Assembly: GCA_963802515.1 (NCBI GenBank)
Contig: CAWDIX010000003.1
Location: forward strand, 345,018 to 409,017
Reading direction: 5' to 3'
Source: an uncultured Verrucomicrobiae bacterium
Lineage (GTDB): Bacteria; Verrucomicrobiota; Verrucomicrobiia; Limisphaerales; UBA11358
Length of the DNA stretch: 64,000 nucleotides
The notes beneath the pieces are model-generated. The model ran no database searches and was not told the origin of the DNA. It saw only the letters and a program-made list of their open reading frames with translations. The translations under genes were made by a program, and so were the position numbers. Positions 44,180-53,766 of this stretch are shown here, piece by piece (the stretch's first letter is position 1; every line of letters starts with the position of its first letter).

Positions 44180-44345
44180 AGGGTAGCTTTGTCTGGGAGC
44201 CAAATCGACTTCACTAGACTTGATAAGTTTCTAGCAAAAAGAATAAGGTGGGTCAAGTGTTTTTAATGCGAAACTATGACCCATTGACGGTGATTTGGAA
44301 CGGCACGCGTAATTCGTCAATCGCCAATCGCCAATCGTAAATCCC

Positions 44346-44906
44346 CTAAACCGTCATGATTTCTTTTTCCTTGTGGACGAGGTGCTCGTCAATCTTGGCG
44401 GTGTATTGGTCGGTCAGCTTCTGCAAATCCTTTTCGGCCTGTTTCTCCTCGTCCTCGGTGATGCCGCTGTCGTGCGCGTGCTTCTTCAACTGCTCCATCG
44501 CGTCGCGCCGCACGTGCCGGATCGCCACGCGCCCGTCCTCGGCCATTTTCTTGGAGATCTTCACGAACTCCTGCCGCCGTTCCTGGCTCAATTCCGGGAA
44601 CACCAGCCGGATGATTTTGCCTTGAATCGCCGGGTTCAGGCCGAGGTTCGCCTTCTGGATCGCCTTCTCAATCGGATGCAGCGAGTTCATGTCCCACGGC
44701 TGGACGACCAGCATGCGCGGTTCCGGCGTCGTGATGCCGGCCAGTTCGCGGATGCGCATTTGCGCGCCATAAACCTCCACCGTGATGTTCTCCACCAGGG
44801 ACGCCGACGCCTTGCCCGTGCGCACGCTGGCGAACTCGTTAACGACCACCTGTTCGGTCTTGATCATTTTGTCTTCCGCTTCCAGCAAAATATCGTCGGG
44901 TGTCAT
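44346..44906 (-). CDS. frr: ribosome recycling factor
   Basis: 186 aa. Full-length RRF-like sequence (RTGKASASLVENITVEVYG...VRRDAMEQLKK). Confidence 0.95.
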   Translation of the reverse strand: MTPDDILLEAEDKMIKTEQVVVNEFASVRTGKASASLVENITVEVYGAQMRIRELAGITTPEPRMLVVQPWDMNSLHPIEKAIQKANLGLNPAIQGKIIRLVFPELSQERRQEFVKISKKMAEDGRVAIRHVRRDAMEQLKKHAHDSGITEDEEKQAEKDLQKLTDQYTAKIDEHLVHKEKEIMTV

Positions 44907-44960
44907 AATGCCGGCAGGTTAACAACCAAAACCCACCCGGTCGAATGAAAATTCGGTGAT

Positions 44961-45016
44961 GCCGCCGTTGGCGCTGTGCGTCGATTAAATCGAGCCGCAA
45001 GCTCGACGCTACAACC
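44961..45016. repeat. dispersed element, intergenic copy of the dusB insert family
   Basis: Contains gcgtcgattaaatcgagccgcaagctcgacgctacaacc. Confidence 0.55.
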
Positions 45017-45453
45017 GATCTTTGTTAACCTTTCATCGTGGCGGACATCGTTTTAACCACGCTCAACGCGAAGTACATCCACGCCGCGTTCGGCCTGCGC
45101 TATCTGCTGGCCAACCTCGGCGAACTGCAGTCGCGCGCCTGCCTCGCCGAATTCGACATCAACCAGCGCCCGCTCGACATCGCGGAAGTCGCTGCTCGCG
45201 CGCAATCCCAAAATCATCGGCTTCGGCGTTTACATCTGGAACGTCGAGCCCGCCGCCGAGGTCATCGCCGCCATCAAACGCATCCGGCCCGACATCAAAA
45301 TCATCCTCGGCGGACCGGAAGTCAGCTACGAAACCGAAGAACAGGAGATCGTCCAACTCGCCGACCACGTCATCACCGGCGAGGCGGATTTGAAATTTGC
45401 GGAGGTATGCCGGGTGTTGCTGGAACGCGGGTCTCCAGACTGGCACGAAAATG

Positions 45454-45508
45454 TCGGAGTTCAAGCTTCAGCTTGTCCGGATGGCACGCTGAAGCGTGGA
45501 CTCCAACA
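45454..45508. repeat. hairpin-family element inside the radical SAM gene
   Basis: ggagttcaagcttcagc / gctgaagcgtggactcc arms (15 of 17 complementary). Confidence 0.65.
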
Positions 45509-46368
45509 TGCCGTGCGAGGCCAGCACTCCGCTGCCCAAAATCATTCCCGCCGAGCCGCCGGATTTTTCTCAAATCGCCCTGCCCTACGACCTCTACACC
45601 GACGACGACATCGCGCACCGCATCATCTACGTCGAGGCGTCGCGCGGCTGCCCGTTCACGTGCGAGTTCTGCCTGTCGTCGCTCGACATTCCAGTGCGGC
45701 AGGTCCCGCTGCCCGGTCATGCTCGAACAATTGCAGCGCCTGCTCGACCGCGGCGTGAAACAATTCAAATTCGTTGACCGCACGTTCAATCTCAACGTCG
45801 CCGTCAGCAAAACCATCCTCGAATTCTTCCTCGCCCGCCATCAGCCCGGCCATTTCTTCCACTTCGAAATGATTCCCGACCGGCTGCCGGAGTCGTTGCG
45901 CGAAATCATCGCCCGATTCCCGCCCGGCGCGCTGCAATTCGAGGTGGGCATCCAGACCTTCAACGAGGAGGTCGGCCGCTTGATCCAGCGCCGGCAGAAT
46001 TACGAACAGCTCGCCGACAATTTCCATTTCCTGCGCGCTCGAAACCGGCGTCCATATCCACGCGGATTTGATTGTCGGGCTGCCCGGGGAAACCGTGGAA
46101 AGTTTTGCCGCCGGGTTCGACCGGCTCATCGCGCTCGGTCCCGCAGGAAATCCAGGTGGGCATTCTGAAGCGGCTGCGCGGCACGCCGATTGTCCGGCAC
46201 GACGCCGATTGGCAGATGGTTTATAACCCGCATCCGCCCTACGAAATTTTGCAGAACAGACTGATTGATTTTGCGACCATGCAAAAACTGCGGCGGTTCG
46301 CGCGCTACTGGGACCTGATCGGCAACAGCGGCAACTTCATCGAGACCACCCCGCTGATCTGGTCCGGG

Positions 46369-46432
46369 TTTGGAGTTCCGCCTTCAGGCGGGAAAACGGG
46401 AGCCGGCCCGGCTGAAACCGGAACTTCCAACA
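46369..46432. repeat. hairpin-family element variant inside the DUF4080 region
   Basis: tttggagttccgccttcaggcgg...ccggctgaaaccggaacttccaaca, read through in frame as GFGVPPSGGKTGAGPAETGTSN. Confidence 0.5.
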
Positions 46433-46818
46433 GTTCGCCTTTCCACGCCCTTCTCCGCTTCAGCGAATGGCTGCACGCGCGTACGGGCCGCACCGACGGC
46501 ATCGCGCTGGTGCGGTTGATGGAACTGCTTTTTGAATATCTCACCGGCCACCTCCGGCTTGACGCGAAGCCGGTGGCCGAAATGATGTGGCGCGATTACC
46601 GGCGCGGCGGCCGGCATGACAAGCCGGCATTCCTGAAAGATTTTATTCCCAGGGAGGAAACAGTAATGCCACTGCGTAAAACCAATCGTGCCCTGCCCAA
46701 ACGGCAAGCCCGGCATCTGGTGAAAATTCACATTCCCGGAGAATAAGCTGTTAATAAGTTCCCTGGCTTTATCCTTTATATTCACGCAACTTCTGTTAAA
46801 AAAACCCTGCGGTTCGTT

Positions 46819-46938
46819 ATGACCACTAAGGACAGAAATCTGGTCGAAAACATTGTCACCATCGTACTGCTGACGCTGATTGTTTCTTCAGGCGTCTTTC
46901 TGGCGATCATTTTGTATCAGTCGCCTTCCATGCACTGA
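46819..46938 (+). CDS. possible 39-aa single-TM peptide
   Basis: ATG...TGA ORF MTTKDRNLVENIVTIVLLTLIVSSGVFLAIILYQSPSMH, upstream of the ClC gene. No further support. Confidence 0.25.
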   Translation: MTTKDRNLVENIVTIVLLTLIVSSGVFLAIILYQSPSMH

Positions 46939-47070
46939 CCCGGGCTTTCCCCGAAAAGTTCCAGCTCCGTCCGGGTCTGAATCCGCCGGCTCCAATGTGA
47001 GGCCCAATGTTCCAACCCGCGCCAATAAATTTGCTTTTAACAGGTTGCCGATTGTTGAAAATAAGGGCGC

Positions 47071-48795
47071 GTGACAACGTTGTTTATTGTTGATTTTTTT
47101 CAAAGGCTGCCCAGGCAAACCCGTGCCATCGTGCGGACATGCCTGTACGGATTGGCGGCCGGCATCGCCGCCGTGGTCTTTCAACTGGCGATGAACTGGT
47201 TTTACCGGCTGGGCCTGGTGAAACTTTCGCACCAATCACTCACAATCTTTCTCACCGGCAGTTTCGTCATCGTTGTCACCTCGTCCTTGCTGGTGGGATG
47301 GCTGCTGCACTCGTATTGCCCCGAAGCGGCGGGCAGCGGCATCCCGCAACTCAAACTTGCTTTCTGGAAGGATTTCGGTTCGGTGCCGGTGCGCGTGGGA
47401 TGGGTTAAATTCGCCGCCGGCATCCTGAGCATCGGTGGCGGGTCCAGCATGGGACGCGAAGGTCCCAGCGTGCAATTTGCCGGCGTCATCGCTTCCAATC
47501 TGGCCGGTCTGACCGGTGAGGCCAAACAGAACCGTCGGGCCGCTGCGGCGGCCGGCGCGGCGGCGGGTTTGGCCGCGGCCTTCAATACGCCGCTGGCCGC
47601 GGCTACCTTCGTGTTGGAAGAAATTATTGGCGACCTCAACAGCCGGTTGCTGGGCGGCGTGTTGCTGGCGTCCGTGCTGGGCGCGCTGGTGGTGCACGGC
47701 GTCGTCGGCCAGCAACCTGCCTTCACCCTGAAGGGCGCCGACACGCCGACGTGGCTCGGTTTTACACTCGCACCGTTCGTGGCCGCGTTGGCCGGATTGG
47801 TGGGGGTTTATTTTCAAAAGTCCTCGCTGGGGCTGCGCTCCTGGATAAAGCGGAACCGCAGCGTTCCCGGGTGGCTGCTGCCGGCGTTCGGCGGACTGGT
47901 CACCTGGATGCTCGGGGTGGTGATTTTCTGGCGCACGGGACATCTCGGCGTTTTCAGCCTGGGTTACGATGATTTGTCGGATGCCCTGGCCGGTAACATT
48001 GGCTGGCAATTGGCGGCGGCGCTGTTGCTTGCCAAATTCGTCGCCACGTTCAGTTGTTACGGGTTCGGCGGCTGCGGCGGAATCTTTTCCCCGGCGCTTT
48101 TTTTTGGCGGCATGGCCGGCGCGCTCGTGGCCGGGCTGGTCGGATTGGAATGGCCGATGAGCCATGCCGACGTGCTGACGTTGATCGTGGTGGGCATGAG
48201 CGCCTGCCTCGGCGCAGTCGTCGGCGCGCCCGTCACCGGGATTCTCATCGTGTTTGAAATGACGCACGAATTTGCGCTCGTGCCGGTCCTGATGATCGGC
48301 GCGCTGGTGAGCCAGGCCATCAGCCGCAAGATGAACCGCCAGAATTTCTACGACGCGCTCCTGACCCAGGATGGCCACCAGATTGAACATGTCCGGCCGC
48401 CGCGCGACCTGCAAAGCTGGCAGCAACTGCCTGTGTCCGCCATCGCCAGCTTCCAGCCGGTGACCTTGCACAGCCTCGATCGCGGCGAAATTCAGGCTGT
48501 CCTCAAGGCGCATCCCTATCAGCGCTTTCCGGTCGAACAAAACGGCAGCCTGACCGGCATTCTCACCCGCCGGGAGGCCGAACTGGCCCTGGCGGAGCAT
48601 CGCCCGCCCAAACTGGAACGGGCGACATCTTGTCTGCGCAATCAGACCATCCGGGACCTGCAAAGGCTGCTCATCGAATCCGCCAGCCAATTCGTCATCG
48701 TTCTGGACCGGCCGGGCGGGAAAATCCTCGGCCTGGTCACACTCCACGATCTGTTGCGGGCGGAAGTGGAAAAGGGCAAGGGCGAAGACGATTAG
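47071..48795 (+). CDS. ClC-family chloride channel/antiporter with C-terminal CBS pair
   Basis: Selectivity motifs GSGIPQ, GREGPSVQ and GIFSPALF. CBS-like C-terminus. Confidence 0.9.
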   Translation: MTTLFIVDFFQRLPRQTRAIVRTCLYGLAAGIAAVVFQLAMNWFYRLGLVKLSHQSLTIFLTGSFVIVVTSSLLVGWLLHSYCPEAAGSGIPQLKLAFWKDFGSVPVRVGWVKFAAGILSIGGGSSMGREGPSVQFAGVIASNLAGLTGEAKQNRRAAAAAGAAAGLAAAFNTPLAAATFVLEEIIGDLNSRLLGGVLLASVLGALVVHGVVGQQPAFTLKGADTPTWLGFTLAPFVAALAGLVGVYFQKSSLGLRSWIKRNRSVPGWLLPAFGGLVTWMLGVVIFWRTGHLGVFSLGYDDLSDALAGNIGWQLAAALLLAKFVATFSCYGFGGCGGIFSPALFFGGMAGALVAGLVGLEWPMSHADVLTLIVVGMSACLGAVVGAPVTGILIVFEMTHEFALVPVLMIGALVSQAISRKMNRQNFYDALLTQDGHQIEHVRPPRDLQSWQQLPVSAIASFQPVTLHSLDRGEIQAVLKAHPYQRFPVEQNGSLTGILTRREAELALAEHRPPKLERATSCLRNQTIRDLQRLLIESASQFVIVLDRPGGKILGLVTLHDLLRAEVEKGKGEDD

Positions 48796-48814
48796 GTCCG
48801 CGGGAAACAGCGGT

Positions 48815-50728
48815 TCAAACCTCGTTTAATCGCTTCTCCGCCTCTTCGTTTGTCAAACCATGCCGCGCGCGCAGCACGGCCACGCCCACCACCGGCGGAT
48901 AAGCCCGGTCCGATTTCATCCGCGGCTCGACGTATTCGATGACCTCGAACAACAGCCCGTTCGCCGCTTCGTAGGCGAGTCCGGTGAGCATGGCAATGTA
49001 ACGCGTCGCACGGTCAATCAGCTTGAGGTTCGACGGCACAACCCAGACCATGGTGTTGCCCATCACGCGCCCCAACCGCACCATCGTGCAAGTCGAAAGC
49101 GCATTCATCACCAGCTTCACCGACACGCGCGTCACGCCGTCCAGCAGAAAATCCGTCTCCGGGACCGGGACAAAAACTTCGTCAAACAAGCATTGAGGAT
49201 CGAGGACCGGGGATTCATCGGATGGAGCCGTCTGACGGCGGCTGCTGCCAAAATAAACGAGGCCGGTCTTCGCACCCGCTTTTCGCGACGCTGCAAGTTG
49301 GACGCGGTAAAATCCGTCCGGCGCCGACAACGATTCCTTTTCCGGTTCCGACAGAATGGCCACCGCGCTGTCGCCTGCTCCGAGTGGACGATATTTCAGG
49401 CCGTCCAGGCCGATCCGGAACCGCATCAGTTCCGGCGCACTGATTTTGCGGATGGTTTCAAACGTGCGGTCGAAATGTTCCTCGCCGGCAAGCCGGCGGA
49501 CCTCGTTCTCATTCCATTCCACGCAACGCGGTACACGTTTCAAAAGGTGCCGCCACGCCTCCCGGGTATGAATGCGCGGCAGGAACAAAAAGGCCCACGA
49601 TGCCGTTGCGGTTGTGTCGTCGAACTTGCGGAACGGGGGCGTGCAGTACGTCGGCGAACGTTCGGTCGTGTCCGTCAAAACATCAATGCCGAAGCGATCG
49701 GCAAAGTAATTGTTCTTGTGTCCCGCGCGATAAACCTTTTCCTCGAGCGCGACGAGTTTTGCCAGTTGTTCCAGCATCAGCGGCGATTTCAAACCCGCGT
49801 GCATTTCCTCCAGCGCGGCGAGGAATTGCGCGGGAATATCTTTGCCAATGCGCTGGCCGGCCAGCGCTTTCGCCGGCGGCGCCGCGGCGCCACAGCCCGA
49901 AGTCAATTCCCGCGCCACCATCTCCAAAATCGTGAGCAGGACACAAAGTTGAATCGAAGTCGCCTGCATCCGCGTCGAGCCGGTAATGGCCATCGGCCCG
50001 GTCGTGAGATTGATTTTCTCGATGCGCGGGTCGGCGATGACTTCGCGGCTGCGCTCGACGTGTTGGCAGAGAATTTCGTCGGGATTGTTATGCACGAAAT
50101 AAACCTTCGCCCCGGCGTTCACGCTTTCCCAGGCCGTGCCAATGACGAATGACGTCTCGCCGCCTTCCGTGATGGCGAAGACCACGTCGCCCGCGCGCAC
50201 GCCGAGGTCGCGAATTTGTTTACGTCCAAACGCCGTGTAATCCTCGAAGCCCTCGACTGATTTGATGAGCGCGTAATCGCCGCCCGCCATCACGCTGAAG
50301 GCGCGGTTTTCAAAATCCGTTGTGCCCTCGCCCTGTCCCTCTCCCATCCGATGGGAGAGGGTGTCCGAAGGACGGGTGAGGGATTTCCTTTGTTGCCAGA
50401 AACCGCGCCAGACCGAGTCCAGCAAAATGCTCAAACGCCCCGTCGAACCGCAACCGGTGAAAAAAATCCGCCCGCCGCTTTGCAGCGAGCGCAGGACCGT
50501 TTCCGTGATTTCCCCTGCCCTGCCCGATTCCACAAACTCGCGGTATTTCTTCACCACATCGGTGTCCACGTCGAAAAGCAATTCCAGCGCGGCGGCGATG
50601 TCCTGTTTGGCAACATCGCTCAAGTTGGCCGTGACCGGGTGCGAGGATTCGGTGGTGAGCGCGCCGAGTTTGAACTGGGCGCTGATTTTGAGAAACTCTT
50701 CGGAACGTTTTTGGGAATTGACGCTCAC
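48815..50728 (-). CDS. double SIS-domain protein (MurQ / glucokinase-regulator-like)
   Basis: GRIFFTGCGSTGRLS, AGGDYALIKSVEGFED and ITEGGETSFV. A GTG at 50728 avoids overlap with the divergent gene. The longest ORF reaches 50803. Confidence 0.75.
   Translation of the reverse strand: MSVNSQKRSEEFLKISAQFKLGALTTESSHPVTANLSDVAKQDIAAALELLFDVDTDVVKKYREFVESGRAGEITETVLRSLQSGGRIFFTGCGSTGRLSILLDSVWRGFWQQRKSLTRPSDTLSHRMGEGQGEGTTDFENRAFSVMAGGDYALIKSVEGFEDYTAFGRKQIRDLGVRAGDVVFAITEGGETSFVIGTAWESVNAGAKVYFVHNNPDEILCQHVERSREVIADPRIEKINLTTGPMAITGSTRMQATSIQLCVLLTILEMVARELTSGCGAAAPPAKALAGQRIGKDIPAQFLAALEEMHAGLKSPLMLEQLAKLVALEEKVYRAGHKNNYFADRFGIDVLTDTTERSPTYCTPPFRKFDDTTATASWAFLFLPRIHTREAWRHLLKRVPRCVEWNENEVRRLAGEEHFDRTFETIRKISAPELMRFRIGLDGLKYRPLGAGDSAVAILSEPEKESLSAPDGFYRVQLAASRKAGAKTGLVYFGSSRRQTAPSDESPVLDPQCLFDEVFVPVPETDFLLDGVTRVSVKLVMNALSTCTMVRLGRVMGNTMVWVVPSNLKLIDRATRYIAMLTGLAYEAANGLLFEVIEYVEPRMKSDRAYPPVVGVAVLRARHGLTNEEAEKRLNEV
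50322..50395. repeat. GEG-hairpin family element inside the SIS gene
   Basis: Perfect 12+1+12 palindrome ccctctcccatc-c-gatgggagaggg (50337-50361) within longer imperfect arms. Read in frame as LTRPSDTLSHRMGEGQGEG. Confidence 0.8.
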
Positions 50729-50792
50729 TATGTTTTGAGTAAATGAAATTGTCAACGCGTTGTCACGCCGATAGCTTGAGGTCAGGCCATCT

Positions 50793-53618
50793 ATGACACC
50801 CAATCAACAACTGGCCACGTTGAAGGCGGCGGTTTGCGATGTCGCGTTTGACAATCTGACGCGTCAGCTCTACGCGACGGACGCGTCGGTTTACCAGATC
50901 GAGCCGTTGGCCGTGGCGTTTCCCGCCAGCGCGCACGATGCCCGCGCCATTATCCAGGCGGCGGCGCAGGCGGGGGTATCGGTCATTCCGCGCGGCGCGG
51001 GCACGGGCCTTTCGGGCGGCGCCGTCGGCGACGGCCTCGTCGTTGATTTTGCGCGCTACAATCGCCAGATCCGGAACTTCAACAAGGAGCGCCGCACCAT
51101 CCGCGTTGGCGCGGGCGTCGTATTGGACCAATTGAACGAGTACCTCCGCCCGCTTGGATTTTGTTTCGGGCCGGACGTGGCCACCAGTTCACGCGCGACG
51201 CTGGGCGGCATGATCGCCAACGATTCGTCCGGAGCCCACACGCCGGTCTATGGCACGACCGCCATGCACGTCAATGAACTCGAAATCGTGCTGGCCACCG
51301 GTGAAGTTGTGAAGGTCGGCCCCGGGCACGATACGTTGCCAAAACAGCGCGACTTGCTGGAAAGCCTGACAACGTTGAACGAACTGCAAATCGTCGAGCG
51401 CTTTCCACCCGGCCTTCTGAAGCGCTGGCCGGGATACGCGCTGGTCCGGGCGATGCGCGAGCCGGGCAACCTGGCTCAAATCGTCGCCGGCAGCGAAGGC
51501 ACGCTCGCCGCGATCCTCTCCGCCGAATTGAAGATCGTCCCGTTGCCGGAAAAGCGCGGGGTGGGTTTGTTGTTCTTTGCGTCCGTGGCCGAGGCGATGC
51601 AGGCGACGGCCGCCTTGCTGGACCTGAAACCGGCGGCGATTGAACACGTTGACCGGCTGCTCCTGGACCAGACCCGCGGCCAGCCCGCGTTTCAGGCGGC
51701 GCGCGAATTGCTCGAGCTCGACACCCGGCCCTGCGAGGCTGTTCTGATCGTCGAATTTTTCGAAGATGTTGCCGAGCGTCTGGCGTTGCTGGAAAAACGC
51801 AAATTGGGTTTGCGCCGGCGCATTTTGGAGACCCCGGACGAGGCCGAGCTGGTGTGGTCAATGCGCAAAGCCGGTTTGTCGCTGTTGACCAGTTGCAAAG
51901 GCGACGCCAAACCCGTGGCGTTTGTGGAGGACGCCGCAGTGCGGCCGCGGGATTTGCCGGCCTACGTCAACAGCCTGCAAAAGCTGATGCGCCGGCTGGA
52001 TCTGCAGGCTTCGTACTACGGACACGCCGCGGCGGGATTGTTGCACGTGCGGCCGGTGCTGGATTTGCGCCGCGCCGGCGATTTGAAAAAATACCGGGAG
52101 ATCGCCGACGAAGTCTCCGCGCTGGTGTTGCAGTTCAAGGGAACATTGTCGGGCGAGCACGGCGTGGGAATTGCCCGCACCGAGTATCTCAAGGGTCAGC
52201 TGGGCGACGAGATTTATCACGTCATGCGGCAAATTAAACAGTGCTTCGACCCGTTTAATTTGTTTAACCCGGGCAAGATCATCTCCGACGGGCGGTATCA
52301 GATTGATCGCAACCTGCGTCAGGGCCCCGGTTATTCCTTGAAACTGCCGTTCGAACCGGTGCTTGCGTTCGCGCACCGCGACGGGTCGTTCACCGCCAAT
52401 TTGGAGCAATGCAACGGATGCGGTGGCTGCCTCAAGCTGACGCCGAGCATGTGTCCCACGTTCATGGCCACCGGCGAGGAAATCATGTCCACGCGCGGCC
52501 GCGCCAACGCCATCCGCGCCGCACTGGAATTGCGCGGCATCAATGGTGATCCGCTTCGTTCGTTGGAGCTGGAGACGGCGCTGAGCAACTGCCTGTCCTG
52601 CAAGGCCTGCATCGTGGAATGCCCATCCAATGTGAACCTGCCGTTGTTGAAGGCCGAATTGCAGCACGCCCGCATCCGCAACGACGGTATGACCCTGCGC
52701 GAGCGGCTCTTCAGTTCGGCCGATCGCCTGGGCCGGATGGGCTGCGTGATGCCGCGCGTGGCCAATGCGCTCCTGGAATTCACCCCGTTGGGTTACCTGG
52801 GCAGCCGCCTCCTGGGCATGTCCACCGAACGGCCGCTGCCCAAGTTCGCGCGCGAGCGGTTTGACCGCTGGTTCGCCAGACGCAAAACCCATGCCGGGAG
52901 GTTTCGCGGCCGGGTCATGCTTTGGGACGACACGTTCGTGCGCTATTATGAACCGCACGTCGGCATGGCCGCGGTCAAGGTGCTCGAAGCCGCGGGCTTT
53001 GAAGTGGTGCTGCCAAAGCTCCGCAAATGTTGCGGACGGCCCGCCTTCAGCCAGGGCAACCTCGACGAAGCCGCCCAACTGGGACGCCACAATCTCGCCC
53101 TCCTCAACAGCGACAAGAGCAACCCGCCGATAATTTTTCTGGAACCGGCATGTTACTCCATGTTTGCGCAGGATTATCGCGAGTTGAAGCTGCCGGACGC
53201 GGAACGGGTTGCCGCCCGCTGCATTCTATTCGAGCAGTTTATTGAAAACATGCTGGAGCAGCAACCCAATGCGCTGATTTTTAACGACAAACCCGCGCGG
53301 ATGATGATTTATGTGCATTGCCACGCCAAAGCCCTTGCCAACTCCGATTACATGTACCAGCTCGCCACCCGGCTGCCGGAGCGGACGGTGACGATGCTCG
53401 AGGCGGGCTGTTGCGGCATGGCGGGCGGGTTCGGCATGTTGGAATCGAAATACAAACTTTCGGTAAAAGTTGCGGAGCCGCTCATTCGAGTAATCCGGGG
53501 CCAGCCTTTCGGGAACATTATCGTGGCATCCGGCTCCAGTTGCCGCCAGCAAATCCAGCATCTTGCGCGCGTCCGGTTGCAGCACATGGCCGAGGTGCTG
53601 GCCGAAGCACTCATCTGA
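50793..53618 (+). CDS. FAD-binding and (Fe-S)-binding oxidoreductase (GlcD-GlcF-like fusion)
   Basis: FAD-linked oxidase N-terminal half (IPRGAGTGLSGG). CNGCGGC and CLSCKAC ferredoxin-like clusters. CCG-type C-terminal domains. Confidence 0.85.
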   Translation: MTPNQQLATLKAAVCDVAFDNLTRQLYATDASVYQIEPLAVAFPASAHDARAIIQAAAQAGVSVIPRGAGTGLSGGAVGDGLVVDFARYNRQIRNFNKERRTIRVGAGVVLDQLNEYLRPLGFCFGPDVATSSRATLGGMIANDSSGAHTPVYGTTAMHVNELEIVLATGEVVKVGPGHDTLPKQRDLLESLTTLNELQIVERFPPGLLKRWPGYALVRAMREPGNLAQIVAGSEGTLAAILSAELKIVPLPEKRGVGLLFFASVAEAMQATAALLDLKPAAIEHVDRLLLDQTRGQPAFQAARELLELDTRPCEAVLIVEFFEDVAERLALLEKRKLGLRRRILETPDEAELVWSMRKAGLSLLTSCKGDAKPVAFVEDAAVRPRDLPAYVNSLQKLMRRLDLQASYYGHAAAGLLHVRPVLDLRRAGDLKKYREIADEVSALVLQFKGTLSGEHGVGIARTEYLKGQLGDEIYHVMRQIKQCFDPFNLFNPGKIISDGRYQIDRNLRQGPGYSLKLPFEPVLAFAHRDGSFTANLEQCNGCGGCLKLTPSMCPTFMATGEEIMSTRGRANAIRAALELRGINGDPLRSLELETALSNCLSCKACIVECPSNVNLPLLKAELQHARIRNDGMTLRERLFSSADRLGRMGCVMPRVANALLEFTPLGYLGSRLLGMSTERPLPKFARERFDRWFARRKTHAGRFRGRVMLWDDTFVRYYEPHVGMAAVKVLEAAGFEVVLPKLRKCCGRPAFSQGNLDEAAQLGRHNLALLNSDKSNPPIIFLEPACYSMFAQDYRELKLPDAERVAARCILFEQFIENMLEQQPNALIFNDKPARMMIYVHCHAKALANSDYMYQLATRLPERTVTMLEAGCCGMAGGFGMLESKYKLSVKVAEPLIRVIRGQPFGNIIVASGSSCRQQIQHLARVRLQHMAEVLAEALI

Positions 53619-53624
53619 CCGGCG

Positions 53625-53766
53625 CTATAGCGGTTTAACTAAAACCGTGGCCGTCGGAGGAGCGCGGGCTTCAGCCCGCTTCGACGTGAATTTCATGGAG
53701 GACAATGAAGCGGCGTGAACGCCGCGCTCCTGAAAAACGGCTACAGTATTTCACAATTTGCTCTAA
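53625..53766. repeat. 142-bp structured element, copy 2 (inverted relative to 10449-10590)
   Basis: 100 percent identical to the reverse complement of copy 1. Confidence 0.9.

Larger units (their letters stand above)
45038..46746 (+). pseudogene. B12-binding radical SAM protein with DUF4080, interrupted by five +1 frame changes and carrying two hairpin-element inserts
   Basis: MADIVLTTLNAKYIHAAFGLRYLLANLGELQ; NPKIIGFGVYIWN; [17 protein letters not shown]; FKFVDRTFN; [11 protein letters not shown]; and a DUF4080-like tail. These lie in frames 2, 0, 1, 2, 0, 1. Length is 1709 = 3 x 568 + 5. Confidence 0.85.

Noticed and set aside
46747-47070. Fluoride (crcB-motif) riboswitch upstream of the ClC gene.
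   Set aside because: I could not find the conserved GGnGAUGG...CCGCC...GAUGA pattern. The channel also carries chloride-type GSGIP/GREGP motifs rather than ClC-F features.
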